A program made the position numbers and the translations under genes. A DNA stretch of 64,000 bases, taken from Mageeibacillus sp. UBA5734. Its GTDB lineage: Bacteria > Bacillota > Clostridia > Saccharofermentanales > UBA5734. The stretch is taken from NCBI GenBank assembly GCA_002419365.1, contig DIGA01000117.1, positions 12,261-76,260 of the forward strand, read 5' to 3'. The notes under the pieces were generated by a model. It saw nothing but the letters and a program-made list of their open reading frames with translations. It was not told the DNA's origin and searched no databases. Shown piece by piece: positions 49,407 through 57,269 of this stretch (within the stretch, counting starts at the first letter, position 1; each line of letters starts with the position of its first letter).

Positions 49407-49958
49407 TCAGCGCTCGACCCGGGCAGCTACAGGCTCGACCCGGGAGACTTTGACCAGAACCTGGCCAACTGAAATACCCGTGTAGCGTTCAATGTCTTTT
49501 TTGATGCGCTCCTGTACTTTAGCCATCATGACTGGCACTTCCACATCCGAATACAAGACAGCTGACAAATGGATGATGATTTTATCTCCTTTGAATGGGG
49601 CAACACGTGCCTTGGCCGTCTTGATCCCACACTGGGCGGTCTTGGCTGAATTGAGGGCGATGCTCTCAATCGCATCGACACCAATGTCAATTTCACCGAT
49701 CTCGTTGGAGCGGACACGCGTCCGCCGTAATCGTCCACTCATGATGGCATACACCAGGGATGTCAGTGAGACAACAATGACAAGTATCGCCAGCAACAGG
49801 CCAGCCAGACGCGAAGAAGTCTGCTCCGTCAGTCGAGTCAGGACCAGGATCATGGCACCCAGGACATCTGAGCTCAGGAGCATCATCAGGAAGATAAAGG
49901 TAAACACAGTCAGGATAAAGGAAAACAGGATCAGGGCTGTGCGGACCAGTGGATTCAT
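49407..49958 (-). CDS. amaP: Alkaline shock response membrane anchor AmaP
   Basis: Two N-terminal TM helices plus an Asp23-like domain (GEIDIGVDAIES; QERIKKDIERYTGI). Confidence 0.8.
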   Translation of the reverse strand: MNPLVRTALILFSFILTVFTFIFLMMLLSSDVLGAMILVLTRLTEQTSSRLAGLLLAILVIVVSLTSLVYAIMSGRLRRTRVRSNEIGEIDIGVDAIESIALNSAKTAQCGIKTAKARVAPFKGDKIIIHLSAVLYSDVEVPVMMAKVQERIKKDIERYTGISVGQVLVKVSRVEPVAARVER

Positions 49959-50290
49959 TTGCGGCTTTCCTCCCTCGTGATCACACCCTTGACATGAACA
50001 TGAACAGCGTCGACGATCAAGCCCGTATATTTTTCGACGTCAGCTTTGACCCGCTCCTGGATCGACCAGGCGACCTCGGGCAGGATCGAGCCAAAGTAGA
50101 TCACAGGATAGACGGTAATGGTGACCAGCTCATCATGCTCAGGCTGGAAGACTACCGTAACGCCTCGTCCTTCGTGTTCGATACCGATCGATTCTTTCAG
50201 CGTGACCAGACTGCCTGGCTCCAGATCAGCCACACCGGCGGTCTGGAGGGCAGCCTGGGCAGCATACTGGGCCACGAAGCCTTTCGACAT
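49955..50290 (-). CDS. Asp23/Gls24 family envelope stress protein
   Basis: YAAQAAL...GV, IQERVKADVEKYTGL.VDAVHVHVKGV; start moved to ATG 50290. Confidence 0.88.
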   Translation of the reverse strand: MSKGFVAQYAAQAALQTAGVADLEPGSLVTLKESIGIEHEGRGVTVVFQPEHDELVTITVYPVIYFGSILPEVAWSIQERVKADVEKYTGLIVDAVHVHVKGVITREESRK

Positions 50291-50341
50291 CGTGCGCTCA
50301 CCGCGGATCGCATGGGCCCTGCCTGTCTCTGGCATCGATCG

Positions 50342-50905
50342 TCAGGCTTTGACGCGTTCCATGTACTCGCCCGTACGGGTATCGATGCGGACGATATCAC
50401 CCTGGTTGACAAACAACGGGACCTTGATGGTTGCGCCGGTCTCAACGGTTGCACTTTTGGTGGCGTTCTGGGCTGTGTCGCCTTTAACCCCTGGGTCACA
50501 GTCCGTGATTTCCAGCTCGACAAAAATCGGCGGTTCAATGGCAAAGACATCACCTTTGTAGGAAACCACTTTGCAGACCATGTTTTCCTTGAGGAACTTC
50601 AGGGCATCGCCGATGGCTGCACCTGAGAATGGCACCTGGTCATAGGTGTCGACATCCATGAAATAATACAGGTCACCATCATTGTACAGATAGTTCATGT
50701 CCCGGCGTTCCAGCTGGGCCTGCTCGAATTTGTCGGAAGGGTTGAAACTGCGTTCAACCACACCGCCAGTCTTGACGTTGCGGTATTTGGTCCGGACAAA
50801 GGCCGCACCCTTGCCTGGCTTGACATGCTGGAATTCGATCACCTGGTAAACCTGGCTATCCATTTCAAATGTCACACCGTTGCGAAAATCACCTGCACTG
50901 ATCAT
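50342..50905 (-). CDS. efp: Elongation factor P
   Basis: [22 protein letters not shown] and DTRTGEY motifs. Confidence 0.98.
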   Translation of the reverse strand: MISAGDFRNGVTFEMDSQVYQVIEFQHVKPGKGAAFVRTKYRNVKTGGVVERSFNPSDKFEQAQLERRDMNYLYNDGDLYYFMDVDTYDQVPFSGAAIGDALKFLKENMVCKVVSYKGDVFAIEPPIFVELEITDCDPGVKGDTAQNATKSATVETGATIKVPLFVNQGDIVRIDTRTGEYMERVKA

Positions 50906-51008
50906 ATAAACCTCCTGACCGGTCTCTTTGCGTTAAAATCCAGCCTCATGCTAAAAAATTCTACATTATTCTAGTTGATAGGATACGGCCTTGGCAAGCG
51001 TTTTGTTC

Positions 51009-51536
51009 TCACGACTGTGGCCACAAAGATTGATCCTTGACATACCGGCGCAAAAAGGGCGCTTCGAACCAGCGTTTGAAAGCAACATTCCAGACCTCGC
51101 GGGAATCAAGCGGCAAAACGAGGATGGCCAGGATATGGGCTCTGCGGGCCGCCAGAATGTCCGTAAACAGCTGGTCACCAACCATGGCTGCCGCAGAAGG
51201 TTGAAACCCAGCTTGGCGACATGCCCGGAGCAGGCCGCTGGCAGAAGGTTTGTTTGCCATGCCAATGCAGTCGATCCCCAGTCCAGAAGCAAAGGACCGC
51301 GCCCGGGATGGCTTGGCATTCGAAACTATGAACGGGACCAGGCCTGCATTTTGAATGGTTTCGACAGCTTTTCTTGCATAGGCATCGGGATGATGAAACC
51401 CATGGTGAACCAGGGTATTGTCGATATCCAGCAAAACCAGGTCGATTCCCTGGGCCTTGAGGTTGCGAAAATCAATCTGTTCGATCGACCGGTAGATCCG
51501 GTCCGGTTTCAATTTTTCAGACAGGAAATGAATCAA
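51009..51536 (-). CDS. yqeG: YqeG-family HAD IIIA phosphatase
   Basis: LLDIDNTL, VSNA, KP and MVGDQLFTD motifs. Confidence 0.9.
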   Translation of the reverse strand: MIHFLSEKLKPDRIYRSIEQIDFRNLKAQGIDLVLLDIDNTLVHHGFHHPDAYARKAVETIQNAGLVPFIVSNAKPSRARSFASGLGIDCIGMANKPSASGLLRACRQAGFQPSAAAMVGDQLFTDILAARRAHILAILVLPLDSREVWNVAFKRWFEAPFLRRYVKDQSLWPQS

Positions 51537-51663
51537 TGGAACCCCCTGATCCGTTTGCCGGAACGTATTCTTATTTCAATCTGCAACGTGTGCGGTCATG
51601 AACCAACACGATGTCCTGTTCCTTCCAGTATCGGCCAAGTCACGCACCAGTTCAAGTCTTTGC

Positions 51664-51691
51664 TTGAAATCATGGTCCCCCTTCCCTATAA
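51664..51691 (+). promoter_or_regulatory. Probable promoter of the aspartate kinase gene
   Basis: TTGAAA-16-TATAAT about 30 bp upstream of the ATG. Confidence 0.5.
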
Positions 51692-51721
51692 TTGGTGTGA
51701 TTAAACAAGGAGTCGTATTAC

Positions 51722-53074
51722 ATGAAAGTCTGCAAGTTTGGTGGTACTTCCCTCGCAAATGCCGAACAGATCCGTAAAGTCTGTGACATCGTCCTCAGTG
51801 ACCCTGAACGCCGGATCATGATCGTATCCGCACCGGGCAAACGCACCCGGGAAGACATCAAAGTGACAGATCTCCTGATTGCCCTGGCGAATGCCCGGAT
51901 CAGTGGATATGATGGCGAGAGCGAACTGGCCTCGGTTGTCCGCCGCTTTGCCGACATTGCCGAGGAGCTCGAGCTCGGTCCGGAGATCGTCGCTACCATA
52001 GAGCAGGACCTTCGCTTCCGCATCGAAGCTGATCCAGCCAATTCCCTCAAGTTCATGGATTCGCTCAAAGCAGCCGGCGAAGATAACTGTGCCCGTCTGG
52101 TCGCGGATTATCTCCAGAGCATAGGCAAGAAAGCCCAGTATTTCGACCCGAAAACGGCTGGCATGGTCCTCAGTGACGAATTTGGCAATGCCCAGGTCCT
52201 GGATGAATCCTACCCCCGGCTGGCCCAGCTCAGGGATTATCCGGGCATCGTTGTGTTCCCGGGATTTTTTGGATACACCCGCTCTGGTGAGGTCGCCACT
52301 TTCTCGCGCGGCGGTTCGGACATCACCGGGTCGATTCTGGCTGCGGCAGTCGAGGCAAAGGTCTATGAAAACTGGACGGACGTCGATTCTGTCTATGCCG
52401 TCAACCCCAACCTGGTCAGCAATCCCCATGCCATTTCGGAGATCACCTACGACGAAATGCGGGAGCTGGCCTACGCCGGTTTTACGGTCCTGCACGAGGA
52501 AGCCCTGACACCCGCCTACCGCAAAGCCATTCCGGTCAACATCCGCAATACCAATAACCCGTCCGCCCGTGGGACCATGATCGTGCGCAATCGCATCAAT
52601 TTTGACAGCATCGTCACGGGTATTGCCGGAGCCAAGGGTTTTTGCACCTTGAACATGTCCAAATACCTCATGAACCGAGAAGTTGGCTTTGCCTTGCGTG
52701 TCCTCCAGATCCTGGCTGATGAGTTCATCCCCTTTGAGCACATGCCATCCGGCATCGATTCCCTATCCATCGTCATGCGCCAGGAAGTGTTCACGCCAGA
52801 AAAGGAGAGGCATGTTGTGCGTCGCCTGGTCGATGAGATCGGCATCGAAAAGATCTCGGTAGACCGCAACTTGGCGATTGTCATGATTGTCGGCGAAGCC
52901 ATGGCCCACACCGTCGGTGTCACCGCCCGGGCAGCCAATGCCTTGTCCAAGGCCGGTGTCAACCTCGAAGTCATCAACCAGGGCGCCTCGGAAATCAGCG
53001 TCATGTTCGGAGTCCGTGAAGAATATTGCAATTATGCGGTCAAGGAGTTGTACAAGGAGTTCTTCAACCGCTAA
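51722..53074 (+). CDS. lysC: Aspartate kinase (Bacillus AK III/YclM-like)
   Basis: KFGGTSLA, VSAPGK, TFSRGGSDITG, WTDVD and C-terminal ACT domains. Confidence 0.9.
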   Translation: MKVCKFGGTSLANAEQIRKVCDIVLSDPERRIMIVSAPGKRTREDIKVTDLLIALANARISGYDGESELASVVRRFADIAEELELGPEIVATIEQDLRFRIEADPANSLKFMDSLKAAGEDNCARLVADYLQSIGKKAQYFDPKTAGMVLSDEFGNAQVLDESYPRLAQLRDYPGIVVFPGFFGYTRSGEVATFSRGGSDITGSILAAAVEAKVYENWTDVDSVYAVNPNLVSNPHAISEITYDEMRELAYAGFTVLHEEALTPAYRKAIPVNIRNTNNPSARGTMIVRNRINFDSIVTGIAGAKGFCTLNMSKYLMNREVGFALRVLQILADEFIPFEHMPSGIDSLSIVMRQEVFTPEKERHVVRRLVDEIGIEKISVDRNLAIVMIVGEAMAHTVGVTARAANALSKAGVNLEVINQGASEISVMFGVREEYCNYAVKELYKEFFNR

Positions 53075-54947
53075 ACAGCGACCGCGCCTCCTGGTCAATG
53101 ACCAGGCTCGCCTCAAAAAAACGCTCCAGGCGATACAGTCCAGGATGGGTCAGGCTAAAGCCGCTCACCTGGACTTTGTCTGTGTAGACGGTGTGTTCAT
53201 TCCGGACAATGTAAGGGGTAGCCCCCAGTCCGCTGAAGACTCGGATCCCCTGGCCTTCCAAAAACTGGCGCCGGGGATCGTCGGCCTGAAGCACTGCGCC
53301 ATTGGGGAAGGACAAAGCCGTAACAGGTCCTGTCAGAGATTCGATCTGGGACTGCCATTTGGCCCAGTCCGACTGGACCTGCTCCAGACTGGCATTCTGG
53401 AGATTGATCATGCCATAGGTCGACGTGCCGATCTGCCATCCTGTCCTTAGCAGCTGGCGGATGATGGCCTGGACCTGGGTGCGATTGGCCTCATAATCTG
53501 CTGGACCCAGAACCAGTTCCGGATAGCCCAGTGCTGCCAGGGCCCGGTTTTTATCGTCGAGCTGGTCTGGATCAGTCACCCGTCCGAAAACACCCTCATA
53601 GCCAGACAACGTGATCAACCCTTTGGCTCCATCGAATGAAAAATCCGGATGTGCCTCGACGAATGCATCGAGGATGCCGACGGCCTCGGATTCGCGCCGG
53701 ACGATCAGGTTGCCATCCGGGCCGGGCCACACACCACAGACTTGCCCGGATGCATCCAGCTGCAAATCCCAGCAATTGCCCGTCGCTCTGCGGGTGACGA
53801 AATAGTTCAGCCCTTCCAGAACCAGAACCAGTGGCTTCTTGCCTTCCGGCAGTTCGAGTGCAAACCGCTCCCCTGCCCCGGTCATCAGGCGGGACTGGTC
53901 AACCAGGATGTAGTCATTGGCATACAGGGCTTCAAGAATGCGTTCGAATTCCAAGGTCGTCAGCATGGTGTCGAAAGCAGCTGCCGCATAGGGGTCTCTG
54001 TCGAAAGCCGTTACCGGATCAACGATCAGCGGTTTGATCACCAGGTGCTCGATGGCACCACGGAAGGTCTCCAGTTTCCGGGGAATTTTCTGGCTGCACT
54101 GGTCCAGCGCATCGAGGACAGTCTGGTCCCCCGGGAAGACTGCCTGCAATTGCAGCAATTGGCCATAGGCCGTGACCGTACGATTCTGGCTCACCAGGTC
54201 GAGGGCATCATCCAGCAAAGGCTGGTACATGGCAGTCCTGCAGACCTCCAGTTTCTGGCGGGCAAAGTCCTGGGCAAAGGTTCCTGGCCCAGCCGTATCA
54301 GCCAATTCAGACCAGGCCGCATAGGCTTCATACCACTGCTTGTGCAGCAGCATCTGGTCTGCAGCAATGAAGTCCGGTTTTAAATCTGGCCAGGACGAAT
54401 ATTCGCTCCTCAAGGGGCGTACACTGTCCTTGAGATTAGGTAGATCGGATAACTGGTCGATGGCGAGGGACAAGGTCTTGTATTCGCTCTCGCCCATCAG
54501 GTAGGCGCGGCTCAATTCCCTGGCAAACCGGGACAGGCGCAAGCCGGATAATTCGCCCAATCCGAGAATAAAGGCCTGGTCTGCAGCTGCAAGAGGTTGT
54601 CCCTGCAGCAGCTGGCTTTCGATGGTCTCGAGACGCCCAGACAGTAAGGATTCCAGTTCCGCCAGGGTTTTCTGGTAGGGATTCTCCACCTGTCCGGACT
54701 GCAAGGGTTGTACGGCATTGGCCTGGACTTCACGGTAAATCTCAAGCGCCTTGATATAATCCTCGTCCTCAAGGGCCGATTCGAAATCAGCCCGGGCGAG
54801 TTCTGCGCTCTGCTGATTGCGTGCGATCAGGAACAAGATGATGCTGGCAAGTACAAGCACTGCAGCCAGACTGAGCAGCAGGAACGAATGGAGTCGGGAC
54901 TTGGTTTCCCTGGATGAGCGGACATAAAGCTGATTGGCCATGGTCAA
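53064..54947 (-). CDS. Membrane-anchored protein with helical region and a degenerate CE4 polysaccharide-deacetylase-like domain
   Basis: Single N-terminal TM; EFERILEALYANDYILV and GKKPLVL resemble Bacillota deacetylase-like proteins, but the metal ligands are absent. Confidence 0.65.
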   Translation of the reverse strand: MTMANQLYVRSSRETKSRLHSFLLLSLAAVLVLASIILFLIARNQQSAELARADFESALEDEDYIKALEIYREVQANAVQPLQSGQVENPYQKTLAELESLLSGRLETIESQLLQGQPLAAADQAFILGLGELSGLRLSRFARELSRAYLMGESEYKTLSLAIDQLSDLPNLKDSVRPLRSEYSSWPDLKPDFIAADQMLLHKQWYEAYAAWSELADTAGPGTFAQDFARQKLEVCRTAMYQPLLDDALDLVSQNRTVTAYGQLLQLQAVFPGDQTVLDALDQCSQKIPRKLETFRGAIEHLVIKPLIVDPVTAFDRDPYAAAAFDTMLTTLEFERILEALYANDYILVDQSRLMTGAGERFALELPEGKKPLVLVLEGLNYFVTRRATGNCWDLQLDASGQVCGVWPGPDGNLIVRRESEAVGILDAFVEAHPDFSFDGAKGLITLSGYEGVFGRVTDPDQLDDKNRALAALGYPELVLGPADYEANRTQVQAIIRQLLRTGWQIGTSTYGMINLQNASLEQVQSDWAKWQSQIESLTGPVTALSFPNGAVLQADDPRRQFLEGQGIRVFSGLGATPYIVRNEHTVYTDKVQVSGFSLTHPGLYRLERFFEASLVIDQEARSLFSG

Positions 54948-57145
54948 ATGCCATCCAGGCCAACTTGCCGGTTCTCCAGCGTGCTTTCCTTCAGATAAGT
55001 CCCGACCGCAGGCAAAGTCTTGGCCCGGTAGTAGTTGGGTTCGATAATGGCTGTTTCGCCAAGGCGCTTCAAACTGGTCATGGTGCTGCCTTTTTTGGCC
55101 AGCAACACTTGCACCCCCTGGGTTGTGCGGGTTGTTTTAATTGGAACCAGTTCGCTGTTGAAGACCAGCACCTTGCGGATGCTGCTTACAGCGACAAAAT
55201 CTTCCGGATCGGTCAGGAAGCAGATGGCAGTCAAGGGCGAAGCTGTACTGAAGGCGTTGACCAGTTTTTTGCGGTTGGTTTTGGTTTCATAATACAGGCA
55301 AGGCAAGCGCACCAGTTTACCATTGGTAAACCCGATCAGGAACTGGCCGGAGTAATCTTCAGTCAGGTGAATGAACACAACTCGTTCACCCTCATCCAGG
55401 CTGAGCAGGTTGGGGGTGAATTCGCCGAAGTCGGATGGTTTGTGGTCCTTGATTTCAAAGACTTTCATCTTGTAGACATTGCCCTGGTTGGTAAACAGGA
55501 GCAAGTCCATTTTATTCTTGCCTTCGATCTCCTGGACGATCTGGTCATCTTCCTTCGTCTTGAGATCACCCGCGCTACGCAGAGAAGTCAGCGGGATTTT
55601 CTTGATGTAACCATGGTCCGTCAGGAAAATCCGGAGCTTGAAGTCCTCGATCAATTCATGGTCGGCGATGCGTTCGACATCGTCCGTGTGGACCAGGGTC
55701 GTCCGGCGTTCTCGGCCATGCTTTTTTGCCACAGCCTTGAGCTGCTCGATGATTTTCCGGTCGATTTTCTCCTGGTCGCCCAGCAGATCTTCCAGGGCTG
55801 CTATTTCCTCGGTCAGAGCCTTGATGTCGGCGATCCGTTGCAGCAGATACTGGCGGTTCAGCTGGCGCAGACGGATTTCCGCGACATACTCGGCCTGGAT
55901 GGCATCGATGGCAAAACCATCCATCAGGTGCGGGATGACATCACTTTCCTGCTCGGTTTCCCGGATGATCTTGATCGCTTTGTCGATATCGAGAAGGATC
56001 AGTTCCAGGCCCCGGAGCAAATGAAGCCTGTCCTGCTTCTTGCCCAGCTCGAAAGCGATTTCGCGCCGCAGGCACGACCTGCGCCAGGCATGCCACTCGC
56101 CGAGGATCGATCGGATGCCCATCACTCTCGGGGTGCCATTGACCAGGATGTTGAAATTGCAGGCAAACGAACTTTCCAGCGAGGTCAGGCGGAAGAGTTT
56201 CTGCATCAGGGCCTGGGGATCGGCAGAACGTTTGTAGTCGATCGTCAGTTTGAGGCCCTCGAGGTCGGTCTCATCCCGGACATCATTGATTTCCTTGATC
56301 TTGCCGGTTTTGACCAGATTGGAAATGTCATCGATGATCGCTTCGACGGTCGTCGTGTAGGGGATCTGCAGGATTTCGATGTAGCCATTTTTCTTGTCAA
56401 CCTGGTAAGTGGCCCGCAGCTTGAAACTGCCCCGGCCGGTCTGGTAGATCTGGCGGATCTCCTGCGGATGGTAGATCAGTTCCGCCCCGGTAGTGAAATC
56501 GGGTGCCTGCAGATGCTCTTCGATGTCGCAACCCGGATCCCGAATATAGGCAATCGTGGCCGCACAGACTTCAGAGAGATTGAAGGAGCAGATATTGCTG
56601 GCCATGCCAACAGCAATCCCCTGGTTGCTGTTGACCAGGATCGAGGGGAATGTGGCCGGCAACAGAACGGGTTCCTTCATGGTCCCGTCATAGTTGTCAA
56701 CCAGATCTACACTGTCTTTGTCCAGTCCAGAGAAGATTTCCTGGCAGATCGGATCAAGGCGCACTTCCGTGTAACGGGCAGCGGCGTAATGCATGTCTCG
56801 CGAATAGATGCGGCCGAAATTGCCCTTGGAGTCGATATAGGGGTGCAGCAGGGCATCGTTACCGCGGGTCAGGCGCACCATGGTTTCATAGATGGCCTGG
56901 TCGCCATGCGGATTGAGCTTCATGGTCTGGCCGACAACATTGGCCGATTTCGTCCGGCTACCTGACAGCAAGCCCATCTTGTACATGGTGTAGAGCAATT
57001 TGCGATGGGAGGGCTTGAAGCCGTCGATCTCCGGGATGGCCCGCGAGACAATGACGCTCATGGCATAAGGCATGTAATTGTTTTCCAGGGTCGTCGTAAT
57101 CGGCTCCTGGTGGATAGGTGCTGAAAGTGAGGCTGGTTTGGTCAT
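54944..57145 (-). CDS. Type IIA topoisomerase subunit A (ParC/GyrA-like, no GyrA-box)
   Basis: IDGFKPSHR, PHGD, AAARYTE catalytic Tyr and a short CTD lacking QxRGGKG. Confidence 0.93.
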   Translation of the reverse strand: MTKPASLSAPIHQEPITTTLENNYMPYAMSVIVSRAIPEIDGFKPSHRKLLYTMYKMGLLSGSRTKSANVVGQTMKLNPHGDQAIYETMVRLTRGNDALLHPYIDSKGNFGRIYSRDMHYAAARYTEVRLDPICQEIFSGLDKDSVDLVDNYDGTMKEPVLLPATFPSILVNSNQGIAVGMASNICSFNLSEVCAATIAYIRDPGCDIEEHLQAPDFTTGAELIYHPQEIRQIYQTGRGSFKLRATYQVDKKNGYIEILQIPYTTTVEAIIDDISNLVKTGKIKEINDVRDETDLEGLKLTIDYKRSADPQALMQKLFRLTSLESSFACNFNILVNGTPRVMGIRSILGEWHAWRRSCLRREIAFELGKKQDRLHLLRGLELILLDIDKAIKIIRETEQESDVIPHLMDGFAIDAIQAEYVAEIRLRQLNRQYLLQRIADIKALTEEIAALEDLLGDQEKIDRKIIEQLKAVAKKHGRERRTTLVHTDDVERIADHELIEDFKLRIFLTDHGYIKKIPLTSLRSAGDLKTKEDDQIVQEIEGKNKMDLLLFTNQGNVYKMKVFEIKDHKPSDFGEFTPNLLSLDEGERVVFIHLTEDYSGQFLIGFTNGKLVRLPCLYYETKTNRKKLVNAFSTASPLTAICFLTDPEDFVAVSSIRKVLVFNSELVPIKTTRTTQGVQVLLAKKGSTMTSLKRLGETAIIEPNYYRAKTLPAVGTYLKESTLENRQVGLDGI

Positions 57146-57173
57146 GGAGAAACTCCTCGTTAGTGCAAAAACT

Positions 57174-57269
57174 TAGCCGACGTCGAGATTGATCAAGACC
57201 AACACCACGTCGGCTAGCCGACGTCGAGATTGATCAAGACCAACACCACGTCGGCTAGCCGACGTCGAG
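57174..57269. repeat. 41-bp tandem repeat (2 full copies plus 14 bp) with embedded palindromes
   Basis: Unit TAGCCGACGTCGAGATTGATCAAGACCAACACCACGTCGGC at 57174-57214 and 57215-57255; partial copy at 57256-57269 overlaps the subunit B stop. Confidence 0.97.

Noticed and set aside
51540-51720. Lysine riboswitch or leader peptide upstream of the aspartate kinase
   Set aside because: The likely promoter lies about 30 bp from the ATG, leaving no room, and I saw no L-box motifs. The 25-codon minus-strand ORF here has no support.
54914-56965. 683-aa plus-strand ORF
   Set aside because: Antisense shadow of the topoisomerase A gene, with no motifs; common in GC-rich coding DNA.
57174-57269. CRISPR array
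   Set aside because: The would-be spacers are identical (26 bp), the repeat is only 15 bp, and no cas genes are adjacent. It is a tandem repeat.
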